The notes: generated by a model not told the origin, from the letters alone. 64,000 nt of DNA from Nitrosopumilus sp. (GCA_965205425.1 CBDBGZ010000004.1:249682-313681), one strand, 5' to 3'; positions 1 through 12,597 are shown, counted from the stretch's first letter. Translations and numbers: made by a program.

Positions 1-257
1 AGAGAAGTTTCAGCAGGAAGGTTTTGGGGTTCACCATTTACCAAATTAAAAACAGAGAGATGTAATGGACATCTAACGCCTTCATCACTTAGAAAACCAG
101 CAGAAAGGTCAGCATCAGCATGAGTACATATCAAATCAGTTGCATGTATTTTCCCCTTTAGATTAGCTATGAGAAGTTTCTTATCTTCATGAACAAATCC
201 AAAAAGTTGGCCTTCTTTTACCTGCTCTGTACTGCAAGCTTTAATCCATTCAGACAA
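1..257 (-). CDS. Rieske [2Fe-2S] ferredoxin (runs off the window start)
   Basis: Not in the ORF track. Manual translation from TTG at 257: MSEWIKACSTEQ...ICTHADADLS...VRCPLHLSVF, with CxH and CPxH Rieske motifs, directly downstream of sufD. Confidence 0.9.
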   Translation of the reverse strand, partial: MSEWIKACSTEQVKEGQLFGFVHEDKKLLIANLKGKIHATDLICTHADADLSAGFLSDEGVRCPLHLSVFNLVNGEPQNLPAETS

Positions 258-261
258 AATA

Positions 262-1662
262 TCACCTATACTTGTAATGTTGTTCTATTTCAGAATCTTC
301 ATTGTATCGAGTTTCCTCAATTTCAACAAACTTTGTTAGTTCTTCATCAGTGTTAATCGTAAGTTCTTTGTTGTCCCATTTTGATTCAATAAGATATGCA
401 ATCCATGCTCTAACTTGGAAAGACATTTTTCTTGAAAGTGGTTCTAAGAAACCCTCAACAATTGTTCTTTCAGCTTCTTCATGACTTAGACATCTAGTTT
501 TCAAATAGAATACTTGTTCCTCATCAATTTGTGCAACTGAGGCAGAGTGAGTTGCCTTTACATCATTAGTGAAAATTTCTAATCCAGGAATTGCATCAGA
601 TTTTGCATCTTTATCTAAGAGAATTGAACGACCAGACAAAAATGAATTTGATTTTGTAGCATTTTCTTTAATTCTAATCATTCCCTTGAAAAGAGATTTT
701 GATTTATTTCTAAGAATTGATTTTTCAACAACTCTACCCTCTGTTGCTGGACTTTCATGGTTAACATTAGTTTGAATATCAAATGATTGCTCATTGTTTC
801 CAAAGATTACTTCAGAATCATTAGAGGATGCACCAGTACCATTTAGGAAATATTCGATTTTGTATCGAGATAACATTGATCCAAATAATCCAGAATACCA
901 ATTGACTTTGGCATCTTGAGCCAAATCTGTTCTTCTAGTTGAAAATGCTACTGCATGTTGATCAATCATTTGAAGAGTGGTAACATCTAGTTGAGCATTT
1001 GCTCCAAGAGCAGTATTCATCAATTCCAAATATGCTTGTTGAGTTTGAATGCTTGGAGAATACAATTCCTGTACAATGCTAGCCTTGCTACTTTCATCTG
1101 CAAAGATCACATTTCTAGAAATGGTTGAATGGCCATCTTCAGATAGGCAAGTGAACATGTGGATTGGCTTATCGACAATCAAATTACGTGGGATGTGAAT
1201 GAATATTCCTGAATTAAAAGCAGCGTTGTTTAGTGCAGTGAATTTATCTTCTTCAGATTTTGAAGCCTCTAGTGCTTTTTTTACCAATTCAGAATTATTT
1301 TCTATTGCATCAGAGATTGATGAGATTACTAATCCTTTTGATTTTAGTTCGTCAGGAAGATTGATTTTGATAATATTAGTTCCAATTTGAATAATACAAA
1401 TTTCATTTTCTAGTTCACCTAATCTTTTTGTTAAGAAATTAGGAATTGTTTCTGTAGTAGATGTTGAAAGAGATACTTTTTCTGGGTCCATCTTTTTTGC
1501 ATCAGTGTACTTATTGTAAAGTGGTGATAATTCAATTGGCAAACTATCATAGACCGATAATGAATTCTTTCTGTAATCCTTTAGCCAATCAGGTTCATTT
1601 CTTGATGAGGAGATCTCATCAATGAGACTGGTGTTGATTTTTGAAAGAATTTCTTGAGACAT
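262..1662 (-). CDS. sufD: Fe-S cluster assembly protein SufD
   Basis: SufBD-family sequence with PGLEIFTNDVKATHSASV and FYLKTR; adjacent to sufB. Confidence 0.93.
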   Translation of the reverse strand: MSQEILSKINTSLIDEISSSRNEPDWLKDYRKNSLSVYDSLPIELSPLYNKYTDAKKMDPEKVSLSTSTTETIPNFLTKRLGELENEICIIQIGTNIIKINLPDELKSKGLVISSISDAIENNSELVKKALEASKSEEDKFTALNNAAFNSGIFIHIPRNLIVDKPIHMFTCLSEDGHSTISRNVIFADESSKASIVQELYSPSIQTQQAYLELMNTALGANAQLDVTTLQMIDQHAVAFSTRRTDLAQDAKVNWYSGLFGSMLSRYKIEYFLNGTGASSNDSEVIFGNNEQSFDIQTNVNHESPATEGRVVEKSILRNKSKSLFKGMIRIKENATKSNSFLSGRSILLDKDAKSDAIPGLEIFTNDVKATHSASVAQIDEEQVFYLKTRCLSHEEAERTIVEGFLEPLSRKMSFQVRAWIAYLIESKWDNKELTINTDEELTKFVEIEETRYNEDSEIEQHYKYR

Positions 1663-1689
1663 GATTTATCAAAATTAGGTATTGGGAGT

Positions 1690-3099
1690 TTATCCCACCG
1701 AGTCATCCATTTCTAGTTTGATGAGTCTGTTTAGTTCAACAGCATACTCCATTGGTAATTCTTTTGTGAATGGTTCCATGAAACCATTAACAATTAGAGA
1801 CAATGCTTCTTCTTCACTAAATCCTCTACTCATAAGATAGAAGATTTGTTCATCACCAATTTTTCCAACAGTTGCTTCGTGAGTAATTGTTGCATCCTCC
1901 TGATTGATTTCCATGTAAGGGTAGGTATCAGTTTTTGATGTATCGTCTAAGAGTAATGCATCACATCTTACAGTAGATTTTACGCCAGTAGCACCTTTTG
2001 CTACATTTAGCATTCCTCGGTAAGTGGAACGACCATCCATTCTACTTACTGACTTTGATGTGACTTTGGAAGTTGTATTTGGTGCAAGATGAACCATTTT
2101 TGCGCCTGTGTCTTGGTGTTGTCCTTTACCAGCAAAGGCAATAGATAATGTTTCACCATAGGCTCTCTCACCCATAAGGTATACTCCAGGATACTTCATT
2201 GTTAGTTTACTACCAATGTTTCCATCAATCCATTCAACAGTTGCACCTTCATATGCATAAGCACGTTTGGTTACAAGATTGTAAACATCAGCACTCCAAT
2301 TTTGGATTGTTGTGTATCTTAATTTTGCATCCTTGTGTGCAACTAACTCTACAACTGCAGAGTGTAGTGATTCTGAAGAATAGACAGGAGCAGTACAACC
2401 TTCAATGTAGTGTACTTCTGCACCCTCATCTACAATGATCAATGTTCTTTCAAATTGACCAATGTTTTCTGCATTAATTCTAAAGTATGCTTGCAGAGGC
2501 ATGTCTACTTTGACACCTGGTGGAACATAGATGAATGAACCACCACTCCAAACTGCACTGTTTAATGCTGCAAATTTGTTATCCTCTGGAGGAATAATTT
2601 TACCAAAGTATTTTTTGAATAACTCTGGATGTTCAATTAAAGCTGCATCAGTATCTAAAAAGAGAACACCTTGTTTTGCCAAATCTTCTCTTAAACTGTG
2701 GTATACAACTTCAGATTCATACTGTGCACCAACACCTGCTAAAAATTTCTTTTCAGCTTCTGGAATTCCAAGTTTATCAAAGGTGTTTTTGACATTTTCT
2801 GGAACATCATCCCAGTTCTTTTCTACTTTGTCAGATGCTTTTGCATAATAGTAAATATTTTGGAAATCAATTACACTAAGATCTCCACCCCAAGTTGGCA
2901 TTGGTTTTTGCATAAATATTTCAAAAGAACGTAATCGAAAATCAAGCATCCATTGTGGCTCTTTTTTCATTTTACTAATTTCTATTACAGTTTCCTTAGA
3001 CAGGCCTTTCTTGCTAAGGTGGACATACATTTCTGTAGAGTCTTTAAAATCATATTGTGAATAATCCATATCTAGATTTTCAGTAGTCATGTCCGTCAT
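1690..3099 (-). CDS. sufB: Fe-S cluster assembly protein SufB
   Basis: [23 protein letters not shown] and HEATVGKI motifs. Confidence 0.97.
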   Translation of the reverse strand: MTDMTTENLDMDYSQYDFKDSTEMYVHLSKKGLSKETVIEISKMKKEPQWMLDFRLRSFEIFMQKPMPTWGGDLSVIDFQNIYYYAKASDKVEKNWDDVPENVKNTFDKLGIPEAEKKFLAGVGAQYESEVVYHSLREDLAKQGVLFLDTDAALIEHPELFKKYFGKIIPPEDNKFAALNSAVWSGGSFIYVPPGVKVDMPLQAYFRINAENIGQFERTLIIVDEGAEVHYIEGCTAPVYSSESLHSAVVELVAHKDAKLRYTTIQNWSADVYNLVTKRAYAYEGATVEWIDGNIGSKLTMKYPGVYLMGERAYGETLSIAFAGKGQHQDTGAKMVHLAPNTTSKVTSKSVSRMDGRSTYRGMLNVAKGATGVKSTVRCDALLLDDTSKTDTYPYMEINQEDATITHEATVGKIGDEQIFYLMSRGFSEEEALSLIVNGFMEPFTKELPMEYAVELNRLIKLEMDDSVG

Positions 3100-3178
3100 A
3101 ACCCCGTTATATTATAAATACATGAGGAAAAATAGGCACAGCTAAATAGCTTCAGCTAAATTTTGGAGTTTAGATAAT

Positions 3179-3973
3179 CTAGTTAAGACTAGTTTTCATT
3201 GTATCAAATGCACCTGAAACAGTATGAATTTCAGAGACAACATAAGAAACATCAAATTTCTTTAGTTCCTCAGAAGTAAAAGGCCCAATACACACTAGAG
3301 ATAATTTTGAGAGATGGTTAAGCAAATCCAATTTTTCATAATCTTTTTGCATTATTTCAAAAAATCCACGAACAGATGATGCACTAGTAAAGATTACACC
3401 ATCAACCTTATTTTGAGAAAATAATTCACGAAACCCATTCCATTGAGTTGTATCTCTAAATGCACATACATCATACAGATGAATTTCTATAACATTAATT
3501 CCAATTTTATTTAATAATTCTTTGAGAAAAGAATTTGATGCTCCACTACGAGGAATGATCACTTTTTTGTCTACAGCATTGATTTGAGAAAATTCCTCAC
3601 CAACACCTATTGAAGAATTATTTTTTGGTTCATGATTTACTGTGATCCCATATGTGTTCAGAGTTGCAGTAGTTTTAGGACCTACAGACATTACCATAGT
3701 ATTTGCAACTGCCAATTGTAATTTCTCAAAGTTTCCAATATTTTTTGCAGTGTCAAATAGTATTTTGACAGCTTTTGAGCTTAGAAATACAGAGTAATCT
3801 GGAGTTTCAGTTTCAATTAGATTTAAAAATTCATCAACAATTTTTTCCCCCTTACTTACAAGTTCTATTGTAGGTAATGCTATTGGTATTGCTTTGTTAC
3901 TTTCAGCAAGTAAAATGAATTCTGATGCATCGTCTTTTGAGCGAGTAATGGCTATAGTTTTTCCATCAAGCAT
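3179..3973 (-). CDS. hemD: Uroporphyrinogen-III synthase
   Basis: IAITR, VGPKT, FTSASS and IGPFT motifs. ATG at 3973 overlaps the upstream stop (TAATG). Confidence 0.9.
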   Translation of the reverse strand: MLDGKTIAITRSKDDASEFILLAESNKAIPIALPTIELVSKGEKIVDEFLNLIETETPDYSVFLSSKAVKILFDTAKNIGNFEKLQLAVANTMVMSVGPKTTATLNTYGITVNHEPKNNSSIGVGEEFSQINAVDKKVIIPRSGASNSFLKELLNKIGINVIEIHLYDVCAFRDTTQWNGFRELFSQNKVDGVIFTSASSVRGFFEIMQKDYEKLDLLNHLSKLSLVCIGPFTSEELKKFDVSYVVSEIHTVSGAFDTMKTSLN

Positions 3974-4713
3974 TATTTCCAACCTATAGTATCTGACAAA
4001 TCAACAACATTGCCAATTATAATATTTGTAGGAGGAGTAATTTTATTTTCTTTAACTTTTTTTGCAATATTTATGACTGTACCTTTGATCATTTTTTGTT
4101 TAAGAGTAGTTCCATTTTGAATAACAGCTACAGGAGTTTTTTTATCCATTCCACCAGCAATTAGTTGTTTACAAATAACATCTATTCTTGACAATCCCAT
4201 CATAATTACAATAGTATCAACAGATTTTGCAAGATTTTTCCATTTTACAATTTCTTTTTTCTTTTCTGGATCTTCATGACCAGTTACAAAAACTACAGAA
4301 GATGCATGTTTTCTATGAGTTAGAGGAATTCCGGCATATGTTGCAGATCCAATTCCAGAAGTAATGCCGGGAACAATTTCATATTTTACTTTGTTTTCTT
4401 TAAGAAATTCTGCTTCTTCGCCACCACGTCCAAAGATAATTGGGTCACCGCCCTTTAGTCGAACTACATTTTTTTTAGATTTTGCATATTGAACCATTAG
4501 ATCATTAGTTGTATTTTGATGAGTCGTATCATCACCAACTGCTCTACCAACATAGACTTTTTCTGTATTTTTTGGAATCATAGAAATAATTTTTTTGCTT
4601 ACCAATCTATCATAAAGAACAACATCTGCTTTTTCAATTAATTCAACTGCACGTAATGTGATTAATTTACTATCTCCAGGCCCTGCACCAACAAGATACA
4701 CTTTTCCAGTCAT
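3973..4713 (-). CDS. cobA: Uroporphyrinogen-III C-methyltransferase
   Basis: VYLVGAGPGD, RLKGGDP, FGRGGEE and VPGITS motifs. Confidence 0.95.
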   Translation of the reverse strand: MTGKVYLVGAGPGDSKLITLRAVELIEKADVVLYDRLVSKKIISMIPKNTEKVYVGRAVGDDTTHQNTTNDLMVQYAKSKKNVVRLKGGDPIIFGRGGEEAEFLKENKVKYEIVPGITSGIGSATYAGIPLTHRKHASSVVFVTGHEDPEKKKEIVKWKNLAKSVDTIVIMMGLSRIDVICKQLIAGGMDKKTPVAVIQNGTTLKQKMIKGTVINIAKKVKENKITPPTNIIIGNVVDLSDTIGWK

Positions 4714-5645
4714 GGCTTATTCCATTCCTTCACTTTTTCTCTCCAATTTAATGCAAGATCATTTACTCCTTTGGAACGTAATTCTTCGCCTGCATTTTTT
4801 CCTAGGGATTTTGGGTCGTCTTTGTTTCCAAGTTTGTTTACCTGAAGAGATTGTTTTCCATCTACAGAGAATGCAGATACGCTCAAAGTCATCTCAGAAC
4901 CATTTGATTTGGCATATGCCCCTAAAGGAAATCGGCATCCAGAGTCAACATAGTCAGAAAGAGAACGTTCAGCCTCTATTTCTAAACGAGAGTCAGCATC
5001 TTCAATTTTTTTTAACATCGAAATTGTTTCGATATCATCTGCTCTTGCAACAATTGCAATTGCACCTTGCCCTGGAGAAGGAGAGAAATCTTCAACGGGT
5101 AAGGGAGTATGGGTTACATCAACTCCTAATCTAGATATTCCAGCTTGTGCAAGAACAATAGCATCATAGTTGTCTCCAGATATTTTTTTTATTCTAGTTT
5201 CAATATTTCCACGAATTGGTTTTACAATGACATCAGGTCTTTTTCTAGATACTTGAATTGCTCTTCGTAATGAGCTAGTTCCAATTATAGAGCCTTCTTT
5301 GATAGTATCTAATGTTGAACCGTCTGAAGAAATGAAAACATCATTTACTGCTTCACGTTTTGGAATAGATGCAAGTATTAGATTTTCATCTAGTTCTGAC
5401 GGAACATCTTTGAGACTATGTACAGCAAAATCTACCTCTTTTTGAGCAACTGCTCTATCAATTTCTTTTTCAAAAATTCCTTTTTGATCTATTGTAAATA
5501 ACGGTCTAGTATCAGTGTCACCTTTTGTTGTAATTGGTTTGATTTCATAATCACATTCAGGATTTACTTTTTTTAATTCTGATATTACCCAGTTTGTCTG
5601 TGCAACAGACAGTTGACTTCCTCTAGCCCCAACTATGTACTTCAA
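4710..5645 (-). CDS. hemC: Porphobilinogen deaminase
   Basis: VHSLKD, GTSSLRR, IRGNIETR and SPGQGA motifs. Confidence 0.96.
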   Translation of the reverse strand: MKYIVGARGSQLSVAQTNWVISELKKVNPECDYEIKPITTKGDTDTRPLFTIDQKGIFEKEIDRAVAQKEVDFAVHSLKDVPSELDENLILASIPKREAVNDVFISSDGSTLDTIKEGSIIGTSSLRRAIQVSRKRPDVIVKPIRGNIETRIKKISGDNYDAIVLAQAGISRLGVDVTHTPLPVEDFSPSPGQGAIAIVARADDIETISMLKKIEDADSRLEIEAERSLSDYVDSGCRFPLGAYAKSNGSEMTLSVSAFSVDGKQSLQVNKLGNKDDPKSLGKNAGEELRSKGVNDLALNWREKVKEWNKP

Positions 5646-6919
5646 TTTTTCACCGATTTTAATGCAGAATGATATGCATCAAGTGTTTTGTTGAGATCAG
5701 TTTCTGTATGGGCATCAGATAGGAAAACAACTTCAAATTGAGAAGGAGTAATAAAGATACCTTTTTTCAATAAAGTTTGGAATAATTTTTGAAACTTCTT
5801 TGCATTTGCATTCTTTGAGGTTTGATAGTCCACTACAGGCTTGTTTGTGAAGAAAATCTGGAACATTGAGGCTGTAAAATTGATTTGATGGGGGATTTTC
5901 ATGTCAGTTGCCATATCATCTAGAGCAGTTGAGAATAATATATTGAATCGTTCTAGTTTGGAGTACAGTTTATTCTTAATTTTGTTAATTGTTTTAATGG
6001 AACTAATTGCAGCACTTACAGAAATTGGATTTCCTGCAAAAGTACTTGCCTGGTAAACTTTGCCGCCTGGAGAAAGCAAATCCATGATTTCTTTTTTTCC
6101 ACCTACTGCAGAAATTGTAAATCCATTACTGAGTGCTTTAGCCATTGTAGTAATATCAGGTTTAATTCCAAAATACTCTTGAGCTCCACCAGGTGCAACT
6201 CTAAAACCAGTAACTACCTCATCAAAGATTAATGGGATGTTATTTTCTTTAGTTATTTTTCGTAAATCAGAAAGAAAGTTCTTTTCAGGTAAAATCAATC
6301 CCATGTTTGCAAGTATAGGTTCTACAATAACTCCAGCAACATCTTTGTTTTTTCTAATTGTTTTTTGTAAATCTTCAATGTTGTTATACTCTACAACCAA
6401 AGTATTTTTTGAAACCTCATCTAATCCACCATCAGATACTGAAACACCATTATGTGCAGCACCAGATCCAGCTTTTACCAAAACAGAATCATGTGCACCA
6501 TGATAACATCCTTCAAATTTTATTATTTTTTTCTTTTTTGTAAAACCACGTGCCAGTCTTATTGCAGTCATTGTAGCTTCACCACCAGTATTCATCAATC
6601 TGATTTTGTTAACTGACGGGAAATTCCCAATGATTAGTTTTGAAAGTTCGGTTTCAGATTCAGTTGGAGTACAATAAAGAGTACCTTTTGATAATTGGTT
6701 AGAGACAGATTTTATGATCTCTTTTCTTCTGTGTCCTAAGAGTAATGCCCCATAACCGTTGCAAAAATCAATGTAACGTTTATTGTCTGCATCCCAAATG
6801 TATGCACCATTTGCTTTTTTTGTAAAGAAAGGATAAGGCTCAAAATATCTAACAGGGCTATTAACGCCTGAGGGAATTATTCTTTTTGCAGCATTAAATA
6901 ATTTTTTGGATTCAGACAC
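5642..6919 (-). CDS. hemL: Glutamate-1-semialdehyde 2,1-aminomutase
   Basis: GVNSPVR, FEGCYHG, IFDEVVTGFR and YQASTFAGNP motifs. Confidence 0.96.
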   Translation of the reverse strand: MSESKKLFNAAKRIIPSGVNSPVRYFEPYPFFTKKANGAYIWDADNKRYIDFCNGYGALLLGHRRKEIIKSVSNQLSKGTLYCTPTESETELSKLIIGNFPSVNKIRLMNTGGEATMTAIRLARGFTKKKKIIKFEGCYHGAHDSVLVKAGSGAAHNGVSVSDGGLDEVSKNTLVVEYNNIEDLQKTIRKNKDVAGVIVEPILANMGLILPEKNFLSDLRKITKENNIPLIFDEVVTGFRVAPGGAQEYFGIKPDITTMAKALSNGFTISAVGGKKEIMDLLSPGGKVYQASTFAGNPISVSAAISSIKTINKIKNKLYSKLERFNILFSTALDDMATDMKIPHQINFTASMFQIFFTNKPVVDYQTSKNANAKKFQKLFQTLLKKGIFITPSQFEVVFLSDAHTETDLNKTLDAYHSALKSVKN

Positions 6920-7383
6920 TATTCAAGGTGTATTTTTGGTCATTATTAATCGTAATAGAGGACAGAAAAGCGTAGATTCGTATTTTCTATTTTATTGCAG
7001 TACCAATACGAATTTCATTTGAAGGATAACCAAGGATTCTAATGAACTGTGTAGTGTTTTGCATAAAGCCATCAAGAAACAAACCCACAGTGTACAAATG
7101 GCAGGCATAATACATGAATTGAATCAAACTGGAGTAAAACTTACAGAAGAAAATAAAGGCCTAGTTTTAGATTATATTCAATTTCTGAGAAATAGTAATG
7201 TGTTAAGATGGGGATTGAATACTTGTATAGCGAAAAGATAAAGTTCGTGAACTAAAAATCATCAAAAAACTAGAGATTAGATGATTTTACCTAAGGTAAA
7301 TACGAATAAACAATCTGAAACACCTTGAAAATAGTTCATGAACATATGCTTCTCGCTATACAACAAATGCAGAGCCACCATTT

Positions 7384-7923
7384 ATGCATCTTACAAAATA
7401 TGGAGAAAATGTATTTTCAAAAGATGCAGCCTTGTTTACCATAGGTGTAATCGTAATAGCCCCACTTAGTTTTTTTGGAAAACAGTGGTGAAATAAAAGG
7501 ATAAGAAAAATAGATGTCTCAAAAAGTTTACATGCAGAATTAAAAGATGCGATGAATGCATTAAATGGTACTGCTAAACGCCAAGTTATGGAAATAGAAG
7601 TTGATAGTGTTAAAAAATACTATACTATGACATTTATGAATTATGATATGTATGATAGTTTAATTTTTTCAGGTGAAATACAAGTATTAGATTATGAGTT
7701 ACAACAAAAAATTCAAGACATATTTAGAAGAATAAAAAATCATAAAGAATATCTTAAATATACTGCTGAACTTAGAGACACCGCTAAACTACATGATAAA
7801 AACGTAGATGCAACAACAACCCCGATTTATGGACACATGACAGATATTGAAACAGAATTAGAAGAAAAATTAATTCCAGAAGCAATTAGGGAACTAGAAA
7901 AAAATTTTAGTTCGTCTTCTTAG
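7384..7923 (+). pseudogene. Hypothetical membrane-anchored protein with an in-frame stop
   Basis: The frame of ORF 7552-7923 extends upstream to ATG 7384 through a hydrophobic stretch (ALFTIGVIVIAPLSFF) and one TGA at 7489-7491. Confidence 0.55.
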
Positions 7924-8574
7924 GTTTTCCAGATACTGGTTTTCCACCGGCATTAGTTCCTAATGCAGAAGTATCTTCACTAGCATACATTGGTGTACCC
8001 ATGTCCTTCTTAACTGGTTTTGATTTGTTTTAGGCCATGATAGTAATGTGTTAAATTGTTATTTAAATGAGACTTGGGAATAATGATTTACAAAAATAAT
8101 TTCCAATATTTCTCTAGCAACACAACATTCTCTTTACAGTTCTTGGATTCTCTGCACCAATTGCACAGTTGTAGTAAACTCTCAACTGATACACAAGAAC
8201 ACAAATCATTATAAATGATTTGACATTGTGTAAACCCTTTACAGGCAATACTCTGATGTCAAAAATATCATCTTTGAGATACTCAAATACAGGTTCAATT
8301 GAGACTTTTCTATCTGCATACAACTCTTGACCAATTACAGAATTGTAAAACTCTGCGAGTTTTATTCTCTCTGGCGGCGTATGCGGGTATTGTTTTATTG
8401 GAGTAACTAGTCTCAGATTTTTCTTGTTGCTAAATTGGTGTAATGAACCATTGTCATATGCAGGATCACGTGAGATATTCTAGACAAATCCCGCAAGATT
8501 CAGTTAGTATTTCATACATCTTCTTGCCGTCATGAACATTTGCAGTACTAACACTGGCAGACAATGGTACTGAT

Positions 8575-11091
8575 GTATGTGTTTAGGTCACGCCTAGATT
8601 AAACCGAATAATTTAGATCAGAGAAGAATTTTCAAGAAATAATGGACTCTAAACCGTGCAAAAACTGTGATGATTTGGCAAGAAAAAATATAGAATTGGA
8701 AATCAAAATCAAGCAGCTGGAATCAAAATTATCTTACTATGATAACCCAAACTCTCCGCCATCATCTGATTCTCTCCATTGGAGGAAACAAAAGAAGAAC
8801 AGAAAATCAAACCATCACAACAAACCAGGACAAAAGCCGGGACACAAGGGAACAACTACTAATTTCAAACCAACAGAGACCATTCTTCACAAAACAGACC
8901 AATGCTCAATATGTAGCAGCAAGAAGATAGAACAAACCACACAACAAACCAGAATCATTGCAGAAATTCCAAAACCGCAACCAGTTATCATAACCAAACA
9001 CGTAATCCACTCATACTTTTGCAACAACTGCGGCAACACAACGACATCTGATTGTGCAATACCCCAGAAAGGAAATTTGGGATTTAATTTGACAGGGATC
9101 ATACTATCTCTGTGGTCAGCTAGAATTACACTAAGAAACATTGCAAAGATGCTTCAATCATTTTATTGTATAAAAATATCTGCAGGTACAATCAACAATT
9201 GTCTGTGTAACACTTCTGCAGCACTAGAACCTGTCGTAGAGAAAATCAGAGATGACATCTGTACCTCAAAATCTGCGCATTTTGATGAGACAAAATATTC
9301 CATTCATGGAAATACGGGATGGGTATGGACTGGAGTGAACCAGAACTCGTGTTTTATCACAGTTGAGAAAAGTCGAGGCAAAAATGTGTTACAGAAACAT
9401 TTCCCATCATTTGCAGGAGTTGCAGTCTGTGACGGATGGATGCCATACCATATGTTTAGTATCAGACAGAGGTGCTGGGCCCACATACTGCGTGAGGCAA
9501 GACACACATCAGAAAAACTAGAAACAGACAATTCTACCTCATTGTATCAATCTTTGAAAGAATTGTTTGTATACATCACATTATACAAAATAGAAAAACC
9601 AAATTATTTTCTGTATGATTCTGCCATACTGTCATTGGAGCAAATCCTGTTACAATATACTGATGATGAATCATTACAAAAATTTCTAACCAAGATTAAT
9701 AACGCAAAGAATAACCTGTTCACATTTTTGCTATATCCAGGAGTGGAACCAACAAACAATGCAGCTGAGCGTGCATTACGAGAGTCAGTAATTTGTAGAA
9801 AGATTCGTGGATGTGTTAGGAATGAGAAGGGTATGAGAATGTTTGGAAATTTAATGAGTTGTATTATGACATGGAAGGTTAGGATAGTTAAGGCATTAAA
9901 TATTTGAACACTTTAACAACTCGAACCGCTCCATTATCTAGTCTCTTCTGCATGTGTTTTTTCATTTCAGAGCCATTGACGAAGAATTGGTTTGCAGTTC
10001 CCTTTTTCTCTTCTCTCCACTGTATCTCAATTGGGTTTAATTCTGGAGTGTATGCAGGAAAATATCTAATTATCACTTTATTTTTTGATGCTTTGAGAAA
10101 TTCTTTTACTCTGAAACTTTTGTGGTATGATGCATTATCTGCAAATAATAACAGTTTCTTACCAAATTGTTTTTGCAGTGACTCTAAAAAATCAAGAAAT
10201 GAGTCTGTGTTTGATTTATCATAGAACCTGCAAAAAAATATGCCGTTATTCCCCAATGCACCAAATGATTGAAACTTTTCTCGAGTATAATTAATTGGTG
10301 TGGTGATGTTATTGCCTGCAAGATACCATCCGCGCTTTATGTTGGGTGCTACCTTATTTGTTGACTCGTCCAGACATAGTGTGGTGTATCCCAATTTGGA
10401 ATATTTGTTGACTGTCCTTTTTGCGTTTTTTTAAAACGGTTCTGCTCCTCTTTTGAGGCTGATTTATGATGAGTTGGTCTTGGTTTTTTAGATGAGAATC
10501 CAATTCTGTGTAGCAATTCACGCATTCCACGTGCAGAGTATAGCGTGTTGTATTTTTTATTCACATGTGTAATTACCATTCTTGTACTCCACATGAATTG
10601 ATTGAATCCAAACTTTTCTGGACCTGAAATTAGATCATCTCTTAATGACACTAGTTGTTTTTTATTTAGAAAACATCTAGAACCAGAATATTTCTTGCGG
10701 TGTGATGCCGTTATTCCCTCTTTATCCATTCGATTTAGCCAGTAGGACAGAGTTGATGGTATGACATCCAAACTGGCACATATCACAGAATACGGAATAT
10801 CTTGTTTTCTTAGTATTGCAGCCTTTAGTCTTATCTTTGCTTTTGCATTTTTTTCATTCTTGCATGTTTTTCTTAAAAAATTAATGCTTGTTCCTTTCAT
10901 GAAATGGCTTCCTGAAGATACCATTAATGCTTTAGTTTGTTTTGACATGATTCTGTAAGTATAAACTATGATCATAGATCTTTTGGGTTAAAATAGTTGA
11001 TAATTCATTCAAAATTTATATGCCTAAACTAGAATTGCAATATTTTAGATGAAATTGTGAAATATGTGTGAGTCTGGACCTAAACACGTAC
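8575..11091 (+). mobile_element. IS66-family single-ORF element, copy 1, interrupted by IS630
   Basis: TIR GTATGTGTTTAGGTC / GACCTAAACACGTAC; 8-bp TSD GTACTGAT (8567-8574, 11092-11099); ORF 8642-9907 with HFDET, QRCWAH, PTNNAAER. Confidence 0.95.
9885..11031 (-). mobile_element. IS630-family element type 1 (two-ORF), copy 1
   Basis: 1147 bp; imperfect TIR TAGTT(A/T)AGGCAT; ORFs 10349-10975 (HTH) and 9888-10394 (DES, DNASYH, PELNPIE); flanked by GA on both sides. Confidence 0.95.
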
Positions 11092-11691
11092 GTACTGATA
11101 ATTTTCCAGTACTGCAACTCATGTGTAGTTTGTACCCAAATATACAACCCTTTGATTTTGAAAAACCCCATTTTGCATCTGTGTCAATTCCTGAGATTGG
11201 AATTCTATTCTTTTTCATATCTGACTTGTGCCATCTGGACCTGTAGCTTTTAGCATGGAACTATCCACTGATGCAGATATGTCATCGACTAGTTTATCGG
11301 AGATAAACTGATTTTCCATATCACTGATCATATCACCAATTGGCAGAACATGAAATCGTCTGTCAATGGTTCTTCTGTTTGGGATTTGAGTTAATCTGCA
11401 AACCTTGAAGAATTTATCATTGGTATCCTTAGTCGAAAGGAAATAATGTAATGTATTGTTGCTTGGAATTCTCATCCATGACTTTATGATGAACATCTGC
11501 TGTACCATCAGATTGTAGAGTATACGTACGGTCTACCAGGTTTTCAGTATCTCCTCATACAAAGACAACATTCCCACCAAATGTAACACGCCAATAAGAA
11601 ATGATTCACATCTTTGTTGCCTGAGGAGTTTTACATTCATGTTACAATGAAATAATATTGTAAAGATCCTTAGCTTTTTTGATTTGAATAA

Positions 11692-12597
11692 GGTGATTGT
11701 AAACCTATTACCACCAACTATTTTTGAGTAATTATTGGAAAAAACAATCAACATAATTGAGTTATCTAAAATAATTCACAACAAATCAACTGCATTGGAA
11801 TTTCTCTGCAACCAATTCAAAAAGAAAAACACAATTCATTGTTCATCATGTAACTCTGAGAATTACTATATTATTTCAAGAGGGAAACTAAGATGCAAAG
11901 ATTGCAAGACAGATTATAGACCGTTTGCTGGAACATGGTTTGATATCATCAACATTAATTTTACAAAATGGTTGGCCCTAGTCAAACTATTTGATCTTGG
12001 GATTAGTGCAAGACGTGCAGCTAGAGAAGCGGATGTCAGTTATCCAACTGCACTAAATGCTTTTGATTGTATTAGATATGCCATACTGTATCATCTAGCA
12101 GAATCTGACAAGAAACTAAAAGGGAAAATTGAGGCTGACGAGGCGTATTTTGGAGGAAAAAGAAAGGGAAATCGTGGCAGAGGTGCCAAGAACAAGACCA
12201 TCGTATTTGGCATACTGGAAAGAAAGGGAAAAGTTCACGTTGAGATTGTAAACAACGTCAAAGCTAAAACTCTTCTTGCAAGCACCATCAAGAAAGTAAA
12301 GAAAGGAAGTATTGTGTATACGGACAAGTGGAAAGGATATGATTCTCTAATTTTCAATGGTTACAAGCATCTCTCAATAGACCACAGCAAAATGTTTGGT
12401 AAAGGCGATGTTTACATAAATGGAATCGAAGGGTTTTGGAGTTTTGCAAAAGAGAACATGGCAAAGCATCACGGAGTAAGTCCAGGAAAGTTTTTGTTGT
12501 ACATCAAAGAAATGGAATGGAGATACAACAACAGAGATGAGGATACTTTCTCATTATTGTTAGATTATGTGTTGGTGGTGAATAATTGATAATCACC
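11692..12597 (+). mobile_element. IS1595-family element, copy 1 (transposase 11735-12589)
   Basis: 906 bp; ends GGTGATT / AATCACC; TSD TTGAATAA; zinc ribbon plus EADEAYFGG, YTDKW, NGIEGFWS. Confidence 0.96.

Noticed and set aside
7489..7491. In-frame TGA as selenocysteine
   Set aside because: No redox motif or SECIS-like structure seen; a TGG-to-TGA mutation is simpler.
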